From the NCBI GenBank assembly GCA_964016885.1, contig OZ024740.1, positions 314,588,001-314,652,000 on the forward strand: a DNA stretch of 64,000 nucleotides, given 5' to 3'. Numbering within the stretch: position 1 is the stretch's first letter; each line of letters opens with the position of its first letter. The notes below the pieces were generated by a model, which saw only the letters and a list, made by a program, of their open reading frames with translations, was not told where the DNA came from and ran no database searches. A program made the translations under genes and the position numbers. Shown here piece by piece: positions 38,351-51,863 of the stretch. The DNA comes from Eledone cirrhosa (lineage: Eukaryota).

Positions 38351-39147
38351 AACTTCAACATAATATTTTGACTAAATATTATAATCTAATAATGTATTAT
38401 TTAGTCAAAATATTACAGTAAATCTTCTATTTCTATTTCAAACTTCACTTGCCGCATTCCAAACATACTGACTTTCTACATTCATGCTAGTGTGGAAGAT
38501 GGACGTTAAACAATGATGATGATAATTATCATCATCATCCTATTTACATTTTCTTTTCCATCAAGTCAACTCAAAGTAGACCACAATAGTCAATAAAATG
38601 GAAAAAAAGTTTTTATTGTTTCTGTGCAGCTCAGTACCAAATGGTTCATGGCCCGGTACTGGTCTACAACTTGGTGGTTGGGGACCGCAGCTCGAGAGCA
38701 TATATATGACAAAACATGTTCAACTATTCCATAGTCATCATCATCATCATCATTATTTTTACATTCACTTTTTCATGCTTGCATATGTCAGTATTTAAGT
38801 TGGGAATGAGGAATGAAGTTTGTTATTTAGTTTCACTGCCTAGTTGATGCATATTTAATCCCTCCTTGTTTTAGATTGCACAATTTCACCCTTATACCAA
38901 AGTAAGACATTATTATTATTGTAGCATGTGAATTTTGAATGTTACGGAAATAATTCTTGAATTACAGTTTCCGGGGTAAATCTTGATTAGAGAACAAAAT
39001 ATTTGAGGACAATGGTGTAGAACAGTAAAAAATGTGGGTGTACAATGAATGTTGTTGCAGTTTTCTTTATATACACAATAGTACTTGTAATAGTTGAACA
39101 TTTTTTTACACTCTTTTGTTTTCAATTTGGAAGTTAATTTAACAGTT

Positions 39148-39372
39148 TTAACCCATTAGCATTTACATTACTCTATATTTACTATTATATTTTCATGGTA
39201 AAGGCTTTACCACACATAATTATCTCACATAATATCAAATCTATAAGATTTTGATACTATTTAATTTGAGAACAATACCATAACATAAGTATGAGCAGCC
39301 AATTATGGCTGGTTTAAATAGAAAGAGGCCAATTCTGGCCAGATATGGCTGGTTTAAATGCTAAAGGGTTAA
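39148..39372 (-). mobile_element. piggyBac-type MITE family A
   Basis: TIRs and TTAA flanks. Confidence 0.85.
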
Positions 39373-40109
39373 TGTTGTCATCATCATAATTTAACATCTG
39401 TTTTCCTTGCTAGCAAGGGCTAGGTCAACACAGACCATATCAGTACTTACTGCAAGCCTCTGGCCTCCAGCCAAGCTAGGAACCACATCTTGGTTACATA
39501 TGTTCCAGCACTTTACAAGGTGCACTGGGTACATTTTATCATAATACCAGCACTAGGGAGGTGGTCATATCTTTGACACAACTGAAAGGTCCTCTTGACT
39601 CTTTGTTTGGCAGGTTTTCTAAGGCTTGATGCCCTTCCTATCACCAACCACTTTATGGAGTGTACTGGGTGCATTTTATGTTACCACCATGTGGAAATTG
39701 ATGTGTATAGATAGTTGAGTGACTTGACCAAGGATTTGATACTGTGATCATAACTTCTCTCTACTCTGATTACTTTTAGATGATATACCATTTCAAATAA
39801 AGAACTGTGAAAAATGGATTTTTACATAATTTTTGGAATTTTAAACCAACTTGTGTGAATTACATAAATTCAAGCTATGAAATTTGATTAAAAAAAAAAA
39901 ATCAAATTTTTATTTTTTAACATTTAAAATATTAAAAAAACTTTTTTTATCTACATGTATTGAAATAAACAATGTATTGAAATAAACAATGCACATAAAA
40001 TTATATAATAGCAAAGCTCACATTTTTTCCACAAACAAATCTGCTGGCAATAATTATTCTTGAATATACTTCCATTGTTTTATCTCTCACTTTGGATTTT
40101 TTTCTTGTA

Positions 40110-40222
40110 AAAATGGAAGCTGACACAAACAAACCTACCCACAATTTGTAAAAATGGAAGCTGACACTAAGAAGTCTAACCACAATTTGTAATTGAAGCT
40201 GACACTAAGAAGTCTACCCACA
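40110..40222 (+). repeat. About 41-bp tandem repeat, 3 units
   Basis: aaaatggaagctgacac...cta.ccacaatttgta repeated. Confidence 0.8.
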
Positions 40223-41784
40223 GTTCTCTTGTCTTGTAGCTCTTGCATATTTATTTGTCATAGTTGAAAATGGTGTCGATGGAATAATATTGGTTTAGAA
40301 TATTGATTGGATTGGTGAGCAGGAAATATCAGTTGTTAATACAGGAATGTATTCACACACACACATGCACATACACACACACATGTACACACTTACACAC
40401 AGAGACACACATAAACATGCACACACAGATGTACACACAGACACACATGCACACTTACTCTCTCCCTCTCTCTCTTTGAACTGAAATGTAAATATTTGTA
40501 TGACAATGAGTATTTAAATTTTACAACATTGAACCTATAAACTATCATTACTTCAGTTATTAACTTCCTTTATTTGTTAATTATTATATGGCAGTATCGG
40601 TAGAGGGTCGGACGCCATGCTTTGAGGCATAGAGTTACGTCCCTTGCCATTCTGAGTTCAAATCCCGCCGAGGTTAACTTTGCCTTTCATCCTTCAATAA
40701 AGTACCAGTAATACACTGAGTAATTGCTGGCCTTGTGCCAAAAGTAGAAACAATTATATTACATTGTTATATAGTTATAACAATACTACAATATTGAATT
40801 TTAGTATTGTTTCGGTATTTTAAAAACATAAAATTTTGACATCCTCTTGAACAATTTATTTATGATTTGCTCCATTCACAAATTTCCATTTTTTTTTCAA
40901 TAGTAGATGTTGGTCATCATATGTAATTAAACAAAGCAGTTTTTCTCTTGTTAGTAGCTGTTGTGGCTGATTTATCATTGCTTGAATTTGCTTGCCTTCT
41001 AATATTTCTATATTGTATTTACTTCATTTGACTCTAGAAATAACTTGGGCTTCATATATTAACACCTTGGTGTTATTAGACTGATTGAGTAAGCATGCAT
41101 CAGTGTCTTTATGTGTTCATCCAGTTTTTGTATGTCTGCAGGTTTTTGTGTTAGAATGCTCTTATATGAAGTGCTATGTTAACTCATATATACAGTCATC
41201 ATCATTGTTTACATGGCTGTTTTTCCACACTTGCATGGGTTGGATGGGTCCTTCTCAGCATGGTATTTCTCCACTCATCATGCTCCTTTGTCATCTCTTC
41301 AGTGAGTCTCAGTATTATTAATATAATAATAATGGTTTCTGATTTAGGCACAAGGCCAGCAATTTTGGGGAGTGGAAAGTCGATTAAATCGACCCCAGTG
41401 TGTGTTACTGGTACTTTATTTTATCAACCCCGTAAGGATGAAAGGCAAAGCAAATTTTGGTGGGGTTTGAACTCAGAACAAAGGGACGTGACTCTATGCT
41501 GTGAAGCATGGTGTCCAATGCTATACCAATTCTGACAACCTACCAAAGTCAACTGGATATTGTTATATATTCTTTTCTTTAATTCATTTACTGACCTGTC
41601 CTACAGTTACAACATCAATATGAAAGTCTTTATCACTATTCCAATGATGTAGTAGGCATCATGTCTGTTATTTGATCATCAAAGATTTTAAGCTGATTCT
41701 GTTTATAGTTTTGAATTATTTATTCAACATCTGCTTAAAAGAATAATCTCCAATTCCCTGAAAACTTTATGTGTTTTTGTTTAG

Positions 41785-41899
41785 GGAACCCCTTAACCAA
41801 ATAAGCAGTGAGGGTAAATTTACTGAGATTGAGCAGCGTCATCGTGAAGAAGTATTTTTCATGTATGTTGGCAAAACATCACCAGACATTATATTATTT
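41785..41899 (+). CDS. TMX3: TMX3 exon 6
   Basis: tttgtttag acceptor and GTGAGT donor; (M)EPLNQISSEGKFTEIEQRHREEVFFMYVGKTSPDIILF with the TMX3-like VFF.YVG motif; phases 2/0. Confidence 0.92.
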
Positions 41900-41943
41900 G
41901 TGAGTATAGAATTTATTTATTTATTCTTCATTTCAAGTTTCAT

Positions 41944-42133
41944 TTAACCCTTTAGCATTTAAACTGGCTATATTTGGCCACAATTCTCTTACCAGCTGCT
42001 CATACTGATATTAAAGTATTGTTCTCAAAATAAATAATATCAAAATCTCATAGATTCAATATTATGTGAGGTAAAGCCTTTACCGTGAAAATATAATAGT
42101 AAATATAAAGTAATTTAAATGCTAAAGGGTTAA
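41944..42133 (+). mobile_element. piggyBac-type MITE family A
   Basis: TTAACCCTTTAGCATTTA...TAAATGCTAAAGGGTTAA. Confidence 0.88.
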
Positions 42134-43786
42134 ATCATCTTACATTTTGACTGACTTATTTAATTTTAGTTCACTACTAGTTAATACACAATAATATATT
42201 CACCTGACTATTTTCCTTTACCTCAAAGTTATCCTGTCACTCTACTTATGGGAAGTAATTCCATAATTTTATTCACCTTATCTCACAAGCACAATAATCT
42301 TATTACTAATTTTACTATTTACTATACTGTCTTCATTTCTCTATTCATTGTAATCCAAGAGTTGTATTTTATTTCAGCTTAGTCCATTTTTCCTCCTTGT
42401 GATCCCTTTTATCTTAACATTCATTTCATCCTTTCCTTATTCTATGATTTTACCATACATTCATCACTCATTTATTTTGTTTGTTTATATCCATTTTTCC
42501 ATGCCCTAACACTTGCTTGAGCAGGGTCTCTTCCCTGAAAACCTTCTGCTGTCCAGCTCCCTTAAGAGTTTCTTACTACTGGACAGTATGTTTTGCTAAC
42601 CCTTTTAGTCAGGAATATAATGTATCTATTCTAAAAACAGTGGGATACACATGGCGTTGTCTATTTATCATTAATTAAGTACTTCTGTAATTCAAATTGT
42701 CTTATTTATTAATAAGTATGGCTGTAAAATATCAACAAATAAATAGTTATCACTGTGTCTTCAATATTCAGTTGGAGGTAACTTAGGGGTCTTGAAAAAA
42801 ACCCTATGTGTCATAACTTAATGTTTTCCAGCCGACATACCTCTTAGGTATTTAGTCTAATTTTTGTTCTTGTTCTAAAGAAATTTTCTGTTTCTTAGGG
42901 CTCTACTAGGCTAGTTGGATAATATTGTAGATAAGGTTACTAGGATTAAAGATATGATAATAATGCAGAGGTTACCTGAGACATGAAAACTATTTCAATG
43001 GTTCTGCAAGGGTAAAAAGGTTGAGAAATGCTGGTGTAGAGACTAAATTTCACAGTTACAGAGAAGAATAGGATGTTCCAGCATCTGGAACATATATATC
43101 TTCATTTATATGACCCCCAACCACCACCACACTTCAGAAATATTGTATTCAAATATCAAAGTGTTATGTCATGTGTGAATGCAGTGACTAAAGGAAAATT
43201 ACTTGAATCTAGTCTGCTGGATATGTTAACATATGAGAATGTTTGAGGAGGTGATTAAACATCATAGGCTCTGGCAAATGAATGCAGAAGAAATTACTAT
43301 GGTAGTATGAGCATAATGCAAATGGCTGATGTATGTTGGTTAATTGTGTGTGTTGATAGTGAATCTAATATGTGATAAACTTGGGCATTGGTCAACAAGT
43401 AAAGAAAACAAGTTTAGTATGATGTAGTGGGTATTTAATGTGAATTTCAAAGACATACAATGCAATGATGAGTATCATAAATGTATCAAAAACATAAGCC
43501 AGTATATAAAAAATAAATTAATTTATGACATAGGTATATAAGGGTTTCTAATTTTGGCACAAGGCCACCAATTTTTGGGGAATGGAAAACATATTATAAT
43601 GACTCTAATTCTTGACTGGTACTTAATTTTATGGATTTTGGAAGGATGAAAGGCAAAGTTGACTCTGGTGGGATTTTGAGCTGAAACAAATACTGCTAAG
43701 CATTTGTCAGACACTCTAACGACTCTGTCACTCCACTGCCCTTCGAATAAATATACAATGTGAATCAATTGTGCATGTTTATAATA

Positions 43787-43988
43787 TACGAGGGTCAACT
43801 AAAAAGTTCATAGGTTGACCAAGATACTCTCATGGAATGACCATATGAGGGTTATTTTTCAACATAGTCCCTGGAAAGAAACAATGCAGTTATTAATAAG
43901 AAGAGTTGAAATTAATACATGCTAGATTTCACAGCTCTAACAGCATTCCTTCATAGCCAACATATGAATTTTTCACCTGACCCTTGTA
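43787..43988. mobile_element. mariner-type MITE (copies at 45073-45443, 47141-47632)
   Basis: TA|CGAGGG...aaaagttcatagg termini; the 47141 copy carries an internal repeat of about 125 bp, 3 units. Confidence 0.75.
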
Positions 43989-45822
43989 CTTTGCAATAGT
44001 AGTGGCAAACATAAGATATTAGAGTTAGGCCAGAGAAGATTTTGGAGTAGATATGTTTTAAATGAGTAGATTACAGAGGAACAGACACTGGGTCAAGAAG
44101 CACAGACCTGTCTAACCTATCAGCATGATATTGAGGATATAGAATTGTCAGTTTAGCTGCTGTGATGGTGGTGGCAGTGACAGTGGTGAGATGCATTAAA
44201 AATATATGTAGAATATTTTAAAAGGGTACAAACTATCTGGTGTAGCATGTCTAGCAGAGTATCATTTGTAATATTCCAAAATGGAGTGGACTAATAGATT
44301 TTCAATCTGTAAGAATAAAGATACTTATAGGATGGTAGGTGGTGAGAGAGAGGGATGTGGGAAAAAATAGATAAGCTTGAAAATAAAATAAATTGAAGTG
44401 AATGAAATAGAAGGGTCTAAATAATCTTTCTCCCCAAAAAACTGGTAGTTACTGATAACTGATATATATTGTAAAACACATTTAAAATATTGAATTTTGT
44501 GTTGGGAAAGTGTTGAATTTTTACTGTAAATCTGTAAATATGCATTTCCCATTTAAATGTTGTATGTCTGCCAGTGAAGTCTATTCATTACTGAGCCGAT
44601 TGCTTGAACAGAGAATGGATGGTATTTTGTTGTTATTTAATAAAATGTTAACCTAAATCACTCAAGTTTAAGTAATTAATATTTTTTTCTCTTTGCTTTA
44701 TATTTATTCTTCTCTTTACTTGCATTTGGAATGTCTATGAGGAAGTGTTTTATCAATTTTCTTCAATTTTTTTTACTGCTTTTGCAAGTCTGTTTTAAAT
44801 ATCTGTTGGTTTGTTTTTGTTGGGTGAGAAACTGTTTAATTAATTTTTGACTCAATTTGGACTGTGTTTTTTTTTCTATTTTATTTTTATCCTGTATTTA
44901 TTTTATTTTATTGTATATTTCCTTGGTTGATGCATCCAGCCATTGCAACCAAGCTAGAAACTGTTCTGTGTAAGCAAGACATGATCACCTGATCGGACTT
45001 GTCTCACAATAAGACAACTCGTCTAACTCATGCTAGTGTGGAAAAAAATGGACGTTAATTGATTTATAAGTTTACCAGAGTAGGCTGAAAAATTCATAGG
45101 CTGACTATGAAGGAGTGATGCTAGAGCTGTGAAATCATGCATGCATTAATTTCAACTCTTCTTATTAAAGTGTGTTAAATGGCAGGATAAAGAGTAAACA
45201 AGTTTTAATTAATGCTAGTAATTGCTGTAATTATAAAAAGTCTCACTTGGGGATGGTTGCTTTTGACAGGACCCGCTGGAAGGCGTGCTTGGGCAAAGAA
45301 GGTGTGTAGAGAAATCATGTGATGAAGCTATTGTTTTAACTGCATTTGTTTCTTTCCAGGAAATATGTTGAAAAATGAACTTCATTTGGTTATTCCATGA
45401 GAGTATCTTGATCAGCCTTTGAAGTTTTCAGCTGACTCTCATATTCCCATTCTGGCATTTAAGGGTGAAATATTTTGTAATATATTAAGCAACCAGTTTA
45501 CAAAGAATGCTAACATGAGTTGGATGTTTTGCAACTCAACACATTTGGCATATTGAAACATTTAATTTATATTTGGATGCCCTTTAAACTGTTAACCATT
45601 CAAGGAAATGTGAGAAGAGTCCTTAATACTTATTTTAAATTCATCTGGATGGTTTTATAGTTTGGTGTGAGGATGTATAATGTTTCTTGTCAGTTTTGAA
45701 TCTTTAAACTCACCATATGTGTGTTGAGAAATATGTGGCAAAAAATTTTATGGTAAAATATTTTGCCGATTTTCATCAACTTCAAATCCTATGTGAATAA
45801 GACACAAAATTATTTTTGCCCT

Positions 45823-46000
45823 GGAGGTGAATATTACACTGGTTTTACTTTGGAAGTGAAAATTACAATGGTTTTATTTTGGAGGGAAATATTATACTGG
45901 TTTCACTTTAGAGGTGAATATTACAACATTTTCATTTGGAAGTGAAAATTACAACAGTTTCACTTTGGAGGTGAATATTACCAGTTGACTTTGGAAGCAA
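45823..46000 (+). repeat. 29-bp minisatellite, about 6 units
   Basis: ggaggtgaatattacactggttttacttt units starting at 45823, 45852, 45881, 45910, 45938, 45967. Confidence 0.85.
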
Positions 46001-46586
46001 AATTTCTATTGTGGCCTTCAAAATGGCCTTCAAAATGGTCAGAAATTGGTAAAAAAAAGTCATTAGTAGGTTCAGTAAAATGGCGGAGTGGTTAAGTGTG
46101 TTGGACTTATGATCATAAGATTCCCAGACTGGGTTGTGTGTTGTGTGTTGTATCTTGAGCAAAAGAATTCATTTCACGTTGTTCCAGTATACTCAGCAGA
46201 AAATGAGTACCAGTAATAGTTGGAGGTTTAACTCTGTCCTGTCCAAGAGGGAGTCTTGAACTCTCAGTTGCTTAACACCATGGAAATTGGGATAAGCACT
46301 GGCCTGATGAGTCTCCGGACTTGAGACATACTGTATGTCCCAAACTGCTCTCTTAGACATCAATAAAATTTATAATATATATTCAATACATCATATATAC
46401 TATATACATTCTTCTCCAGCCTTTGCAGTTCTTCAATTATCCTACCATTTTTTAAATATAATATAACACTTCTCACATATATATTATATATATATTTCAT
46501 TTTTCATAGAATATATATATATATTGAAGTATCAGTAAAAGCTGACTCTACTCATTACAAACTTCATTGTTAGCTACGTCTCTCTC

Positions 46587-46799
46587 TTAACCCTTTAGCA
46601 TTTAAACTGGCCATATCCGGCCAGAATTCTTGCACCTCTTTCTGTTCAAACCGACTGTAACGAGCTGTTCATACCAATGTTAAGGTACTGTTCTCAAAAT
46701 AAATAATATCAAAATCTCATAGATTCGATATTATGTGAGATAATTATGTAAGGTAAATATAATAGTAAATATAGAGTAATGTAAATGCTAAAAGGCTAA
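46587..46799 (+). mobile_element. piggyBac-type MITE family A
   Basis: TIRs and TTAA flank. Confidence 0.88.
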
Positions 46800-46882
46800 A
46801 CCATTACTACTTCTCTTCGTGGTTTTCATTTTAAGTGTTTTCCCTATATCTTCTAACACTTTATATTTTAATGACTTTACAG

Positions 46883-46960
46883 AAAAAATATGAGTTGACA
46901 GCCAGAAGACAACATATTCAAAGCTATTTCTATTTTGGTGAAAGTAGAGTTGTACCATCA
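46883..46960 (+). CDS. TMX3: TMX3 exon 7
   Basis: tttacag acceptor and GTAAGT donor; KKYELTARRQHIQSYFYFGESRVVPS; phases 0/0. Confidence 0.9.
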
Positions 46961-49504
46961 GTAAGTATAAATCTTTTTTTTTCTCTATGCTGCAAGTTTA
47001 TTGCAACCTATGATATAATGAGAAAGAAAATAGGGTAGAGTGGGTTGTGTTGCACCTTTTTTCCTACAATATCTTAATGAATGATCTGGTGTTCAAAGAT
47101 ATAAGAGAATTGTGGTTAAAATAAATTGCATACATAAACATACGAGGGTTGGCTGAAAAGTTTATAGGCTGATGAAGATACCCTTGTGGAATGAAAAAAT
47201 GAGGTTTATTTTTCAACATAGTTCCTAGAAAGAAACTAAGTAATTATTAATAAGAAGAGTTGAAATTAATGCATGCAAGATTTCACAGCACTAGCATCAT
47301 TCCTTCATAGTCAGCCTATGACCAAGATACTCTGATGGAATGACCAAATGAGGTTTATTTTTCAACATAGTCCCTGGAAAGAAACAATGTAGTTATTAAT
47401 AAGAAAAGTTGAAATTAATGTATGCAAGATTTCTCAGCCCTAGCATCATTCTTTCATAGGGTGACCAAGATACTCTCATGGAATGACCAAATGAGATTTA
47501 TTTTTCAACATAATCCCTAGACAGAAACAATGTAGTTATTAACAAAAAATTTGAAATTAATACATACAATATTTTACAGCTCTAGCATCACTCCTTCATA
47601 ATCAGCCTATGATATATTCAGCCGATTCTCATTATACTTTTTTGTGTATAATATGTCTTCAGTATAACATCCCTGTTTCTGAAGCTAAATAATAGTAATA
47701 AATTATATCCTTTTGTATAATATGACTAGGTGGTGAATTGGCAGACTCATTAGAACATTGGACAGATTGCATTGCAGTATTCAATCTAGCTCTCTGCTCT
47801 TTGATTTCAAATCTAGCTGAGGTCAACTTTGTATTTCATCCATTCAAGGTTGATAAAAAATCACCAGTTAAGTACTGGGGTCGATTCTTCCTCTATATCT
47901 TTTTCTGACTTCTATTCTGTCACTCTTTATCTTGTATTCAAACATGGAGAGGAAATGGGCTCCGCTAGGTTTCAAAATGCCTTCAAAATGCCGTATATCA
48001 GGTTTAAAAAAAAAGAAAAAAGTCTTAAAAATACTGTTTGTTGATACGGCACCACCTACGACTCCCTCAGGAGTTACAGGACCATGTATAATATGACCCC
48101 AGTGTACATGCATGTCTATACAGTTTTGTATTATTTTTATGTAAAGTTGTACTATGTTATCCATCAAAATCTCAGCCTCACATATATATTTCACTATTCA
48201 GTTTTTCCTGAATGTAAAATAATTGGATGTTTAACATTTTTTTGTAGAAGCGGGTTTATCCTACTTCCTGTTTGAAGTTCTTGAATTTTGGGGGAATTAT
48301 GCTAACTTAATAAAAACACATAGTGTGTTTTTATTAATTAGGTGTTAATTAAGTTAATATGGTTTTCTGCTTGGTTTGACCTTATTATTTTATGTTACTG
48401 CAATAAATGAAAAAAATTATATTTATTTCAACAATGCTGTCTTTTGTAAACATAAATAAATAATAAATAAATAAATAAAAATAAAACTTTGAACCGATAA
48501 CAACAACAATCGCACAAACTCCAAACCAGTTTCTTATTATAGACTTCTGAGGAAGGGTTTTTAGACCTGAAATATTAGGATCATCATCATCATCACCATC
48601 GTTTATAATGCATGGGTTAGATGGGTTGTTCCATAGGGTATGTAAATAAAATAACAGGTGACACAAAACATCTTTGTTTCCTTTCAATTTATTCTGAAAT
48701 CTACCTTCCATTTTACATTGTTGTAACCTTTAAATAATATACTGCTTTAAATAAAACTTTATAAAATGTATGATAAGTTAAAAGTTCCTCAAAGTCAGAT
48801 TCATCAGAATCATCAACAATAAACCATATGTGTCATCCTCCTGGTGAGATTTTTATATCTGTATCCCTTGTTGACATTTCGGTTTCATCTAGGTACTGTG
48901 TGTCAACAGAGGAATATATGTTTAGCAAACAACTAACTCACAGTATGAGAGTTATCACGCCATTATTCAAGTGGGGAATAGTATATATTTTAACAGTAGT
49001 TAGACATCAGTTGTAACTTTAATGTTATGAAAACATGACATATCTTATGTAATCTTTCCTTTTTATTAATTTATTTTACCAATTCTCTGTCTTTGAGATA
49101 AATGGTGTTCAATTATCCTGATTCTCAAATAACAAATCATCATCATCATCATCATTATCATCATCATCATTTAACATCTATTTTCAATGCTAGTATGGGT
49201 TAGACGAGTTGTCCCATGAGACAAGCCAGATCAGATGACTGTGTCTTGCTCATGCAGAACTGTTTCTGCCTTGGTTTCTATGGCTGGATGCCCTTCCTAA
49301 CACAACTACTATATTGTGTGGACTGGGTGCTTTTTATCATGGTACCAAAACAACCACATTACAGTCTGGACTGGATGTTTTATGTTTATAAACCTCTCTC
49401 TTCTCACCAATACCATCATATTAAGATGACGAGAGTGTTTCAGTTGGAAATAATCCTCTTCCCCCCTCAGATATAAAAAAATTAAATGAGATCAAAACAG
49501 CTAA

Positions 49505-50130
49505 TATCATCATCTTCACTGTTTATCATCTGTTTTCCACGCTAGCATGGGTTAAATGAGTTGTCCCATTTGAAACAAGCCAGATCAGATGATTGTGTCT
49601 TGCTCATAGATAACTGATTCTGGCTTGGTTTCTACGGCTGGATGCCCTTCCTAATACTAACCACATTTACAATGTGGACTGGGTGCTTTTTATTGTGGCA
49701 TTAAATGACCACTTTACAGTGTGGACAGGGCGCTTTTGTCATGTCACCAACATAATCTCTTTACAGTGTGGACTGGGTGCTTTTTGTCATGGTACAAAAA
49801 TGACCACTTTACAGTGTGAACTGGGTGCTTTTTATTGTACCAAAACAACCACTTTACAGTGTGGGCTAGGTGCTTTTGGTCGTGGTACCAAAATGACTAC
49901 TTTACAGTGTAGGCTGGGTACTTTTTGTCATGGTATCAAAATGACCACTTTACAATGTGGACTGACTGCTTTTTGTCATGTCATCAACATGACCACTTTA
50001 CAGTGTGGACTGGGTGCTTTTTGTCATGTCAACAAAATGCCACCACTTTACAGTGTTGACTGATTGCTTTTTGTCATGTCACTAACATGACAACTTTGCA
50101 GTGTGAACTGGGTCCTTTTTGTTTAGTTAC
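49505..50130 (-). repeat. SINE with internal 48-bp unit expanded to about 10 tandem copies
   Basis: RTE-type tail and ggatgcccttccta core followed by tandem ccactttacagtgtggactgggtgctttttgtcatg units. Confidence 0.9.
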
Positions 50131-51863
50131 CAAAATGTCATACTAATTACTATCAACATATATTTACAATCTGATATATCAATACTAATTGCTATCAATA
50201 CATATTTACAATCTTGCCATTGGAAATGAGTATTTTTTAGCTCAGTAAAAATTTATAAAAATGCTTACTTGTGTATAATGTGATCCCCTCCTTTTTTTCA
50301 CCCTTAATTTTAGTTTTAAAATGTTCATATTATACATGTAAAAATATGGTGTATGTAAACATTCTTACATATTTTCATTGGGTTACTTGATTTCACATGT
50401 TAGTTTACTTTATGAATGAATGAATGCTTTCTCTCTTTTCTCTTATGTAAATCAAATTTTAATCTAAAACAAAATTTCCAAATATTAAATATTATTTAAT
50501 CTAAAATATTAAAGCTGTTGCTTATGATAAGATGCACCCTTCTCAGTATATTAACAAATTGAAAGGAGTAAAGAGACTTAATTGTGGACAGAGATATTTA
50601 GAACTTAAATTACAGCACAGTTATAAGTGTATGCTAAGAGATAACATTTGCAGATAAAAAGAGGAGTGAGAGAAGCAAAGATCCTGAAGCATATGGGATT
50701 GATCAGTGAAGCTATCTCAGGAGAAATGTTTATATAATGATCAGAGCATGTTATCATTTGATAGCAATGAGCATATACAGCATAGGAAAACTATATTCAG
50801 CATCTGTTATTTAAGAAGCATTTTTAATTTTACTTTACTTTCATCAATCTTTTCTTAATGTTTAACCCTTTCAGAATCTAGAGCTCTTTTCTTTAAAATA
50901 TCACTTACACTCTGAAGCACTGCAAGGAGGCGTGCGATCTAGTGGTAAGAGTGTTGGACTTATGGGGAGTTTAACCCTGCAATCGACTGGCATCGTGTCC
51001 CGAGGTGGGAGGAGTCTTGAACTCAATTCTTAGTTGCTTAACACCACAAAACCGGGATCAGCACCAGCCTGACGATCTTCCTGGCTTGAGACAGCCTTTA
51101 GACTTATACTTAGACTTTAGACTCTAAAGCCAGTCAATCAGTTTAAATATTTTATTGTTTACTACTTAACTGAAAATAGTTAAAGGGTTAACTGTATACA
51201 TTATTTAAGCTATGATGTTTTATAAAGAATGCTTAAAAAATAAAATAAACATTAGGAATTGAAAATGGGATCAGTGATATTGGTCAGAAGCTTTAAACTG
51301 TAAAGAACTACTAGAAGTATCTAGGCTCACGTTTGACAAATCAAACACCTAATCCAGATGTTATAACACTAAAGTAGTGCTTCCTTGACTAAAGGCCACC
51401 TGGCTTGAGAACAACATTTTCTTTTAGCTACCTAACCAAACTAATGTTCTTTAAGATATACATGACATTTTACACAGCTGACTTAAGAATTTGTACACAG
51501 CTTATTTAAGAATTATTTAACAGAGTTATGGAAACTGTTGGCTCCCTAGGGAACCTACTTCAGCAGCCAAGAAATGAAAAATAAATAGTATAGTTATGTC
51601 ACTCAATCAACTTTTTTTTGTTGAAATCTCATCTCTCAAAGCAGTGCTTGAGAAGAAGAAAGAGAAATGAACTAGTTTGTCTTTTGGATGCCATTGAAAG
51701 GCAACCAAAGTAGAGTACACTTGTAAGAAAATCTTCATTGTTGTTCCAACAATACATTGAATTATCAGATTGGTGATAATAGCTTGGGCAGTGAAGATGA
51801 TGACAAGGATACTGTTGACATTGACAAATGAAAGTAACCATAGAATTATGACATAAAATGGAT

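Noticed and set aside
49674-50063. 129-aa ORF with 16-aa Cys-rich repeats, and a CRISPR-like appearance
   Set aside because: Tandem 48-bp SINE-derived minisatellite with no unique spacers and no cas genes in eukaryotic DNA; the ORF results from a unit length divisible by 3
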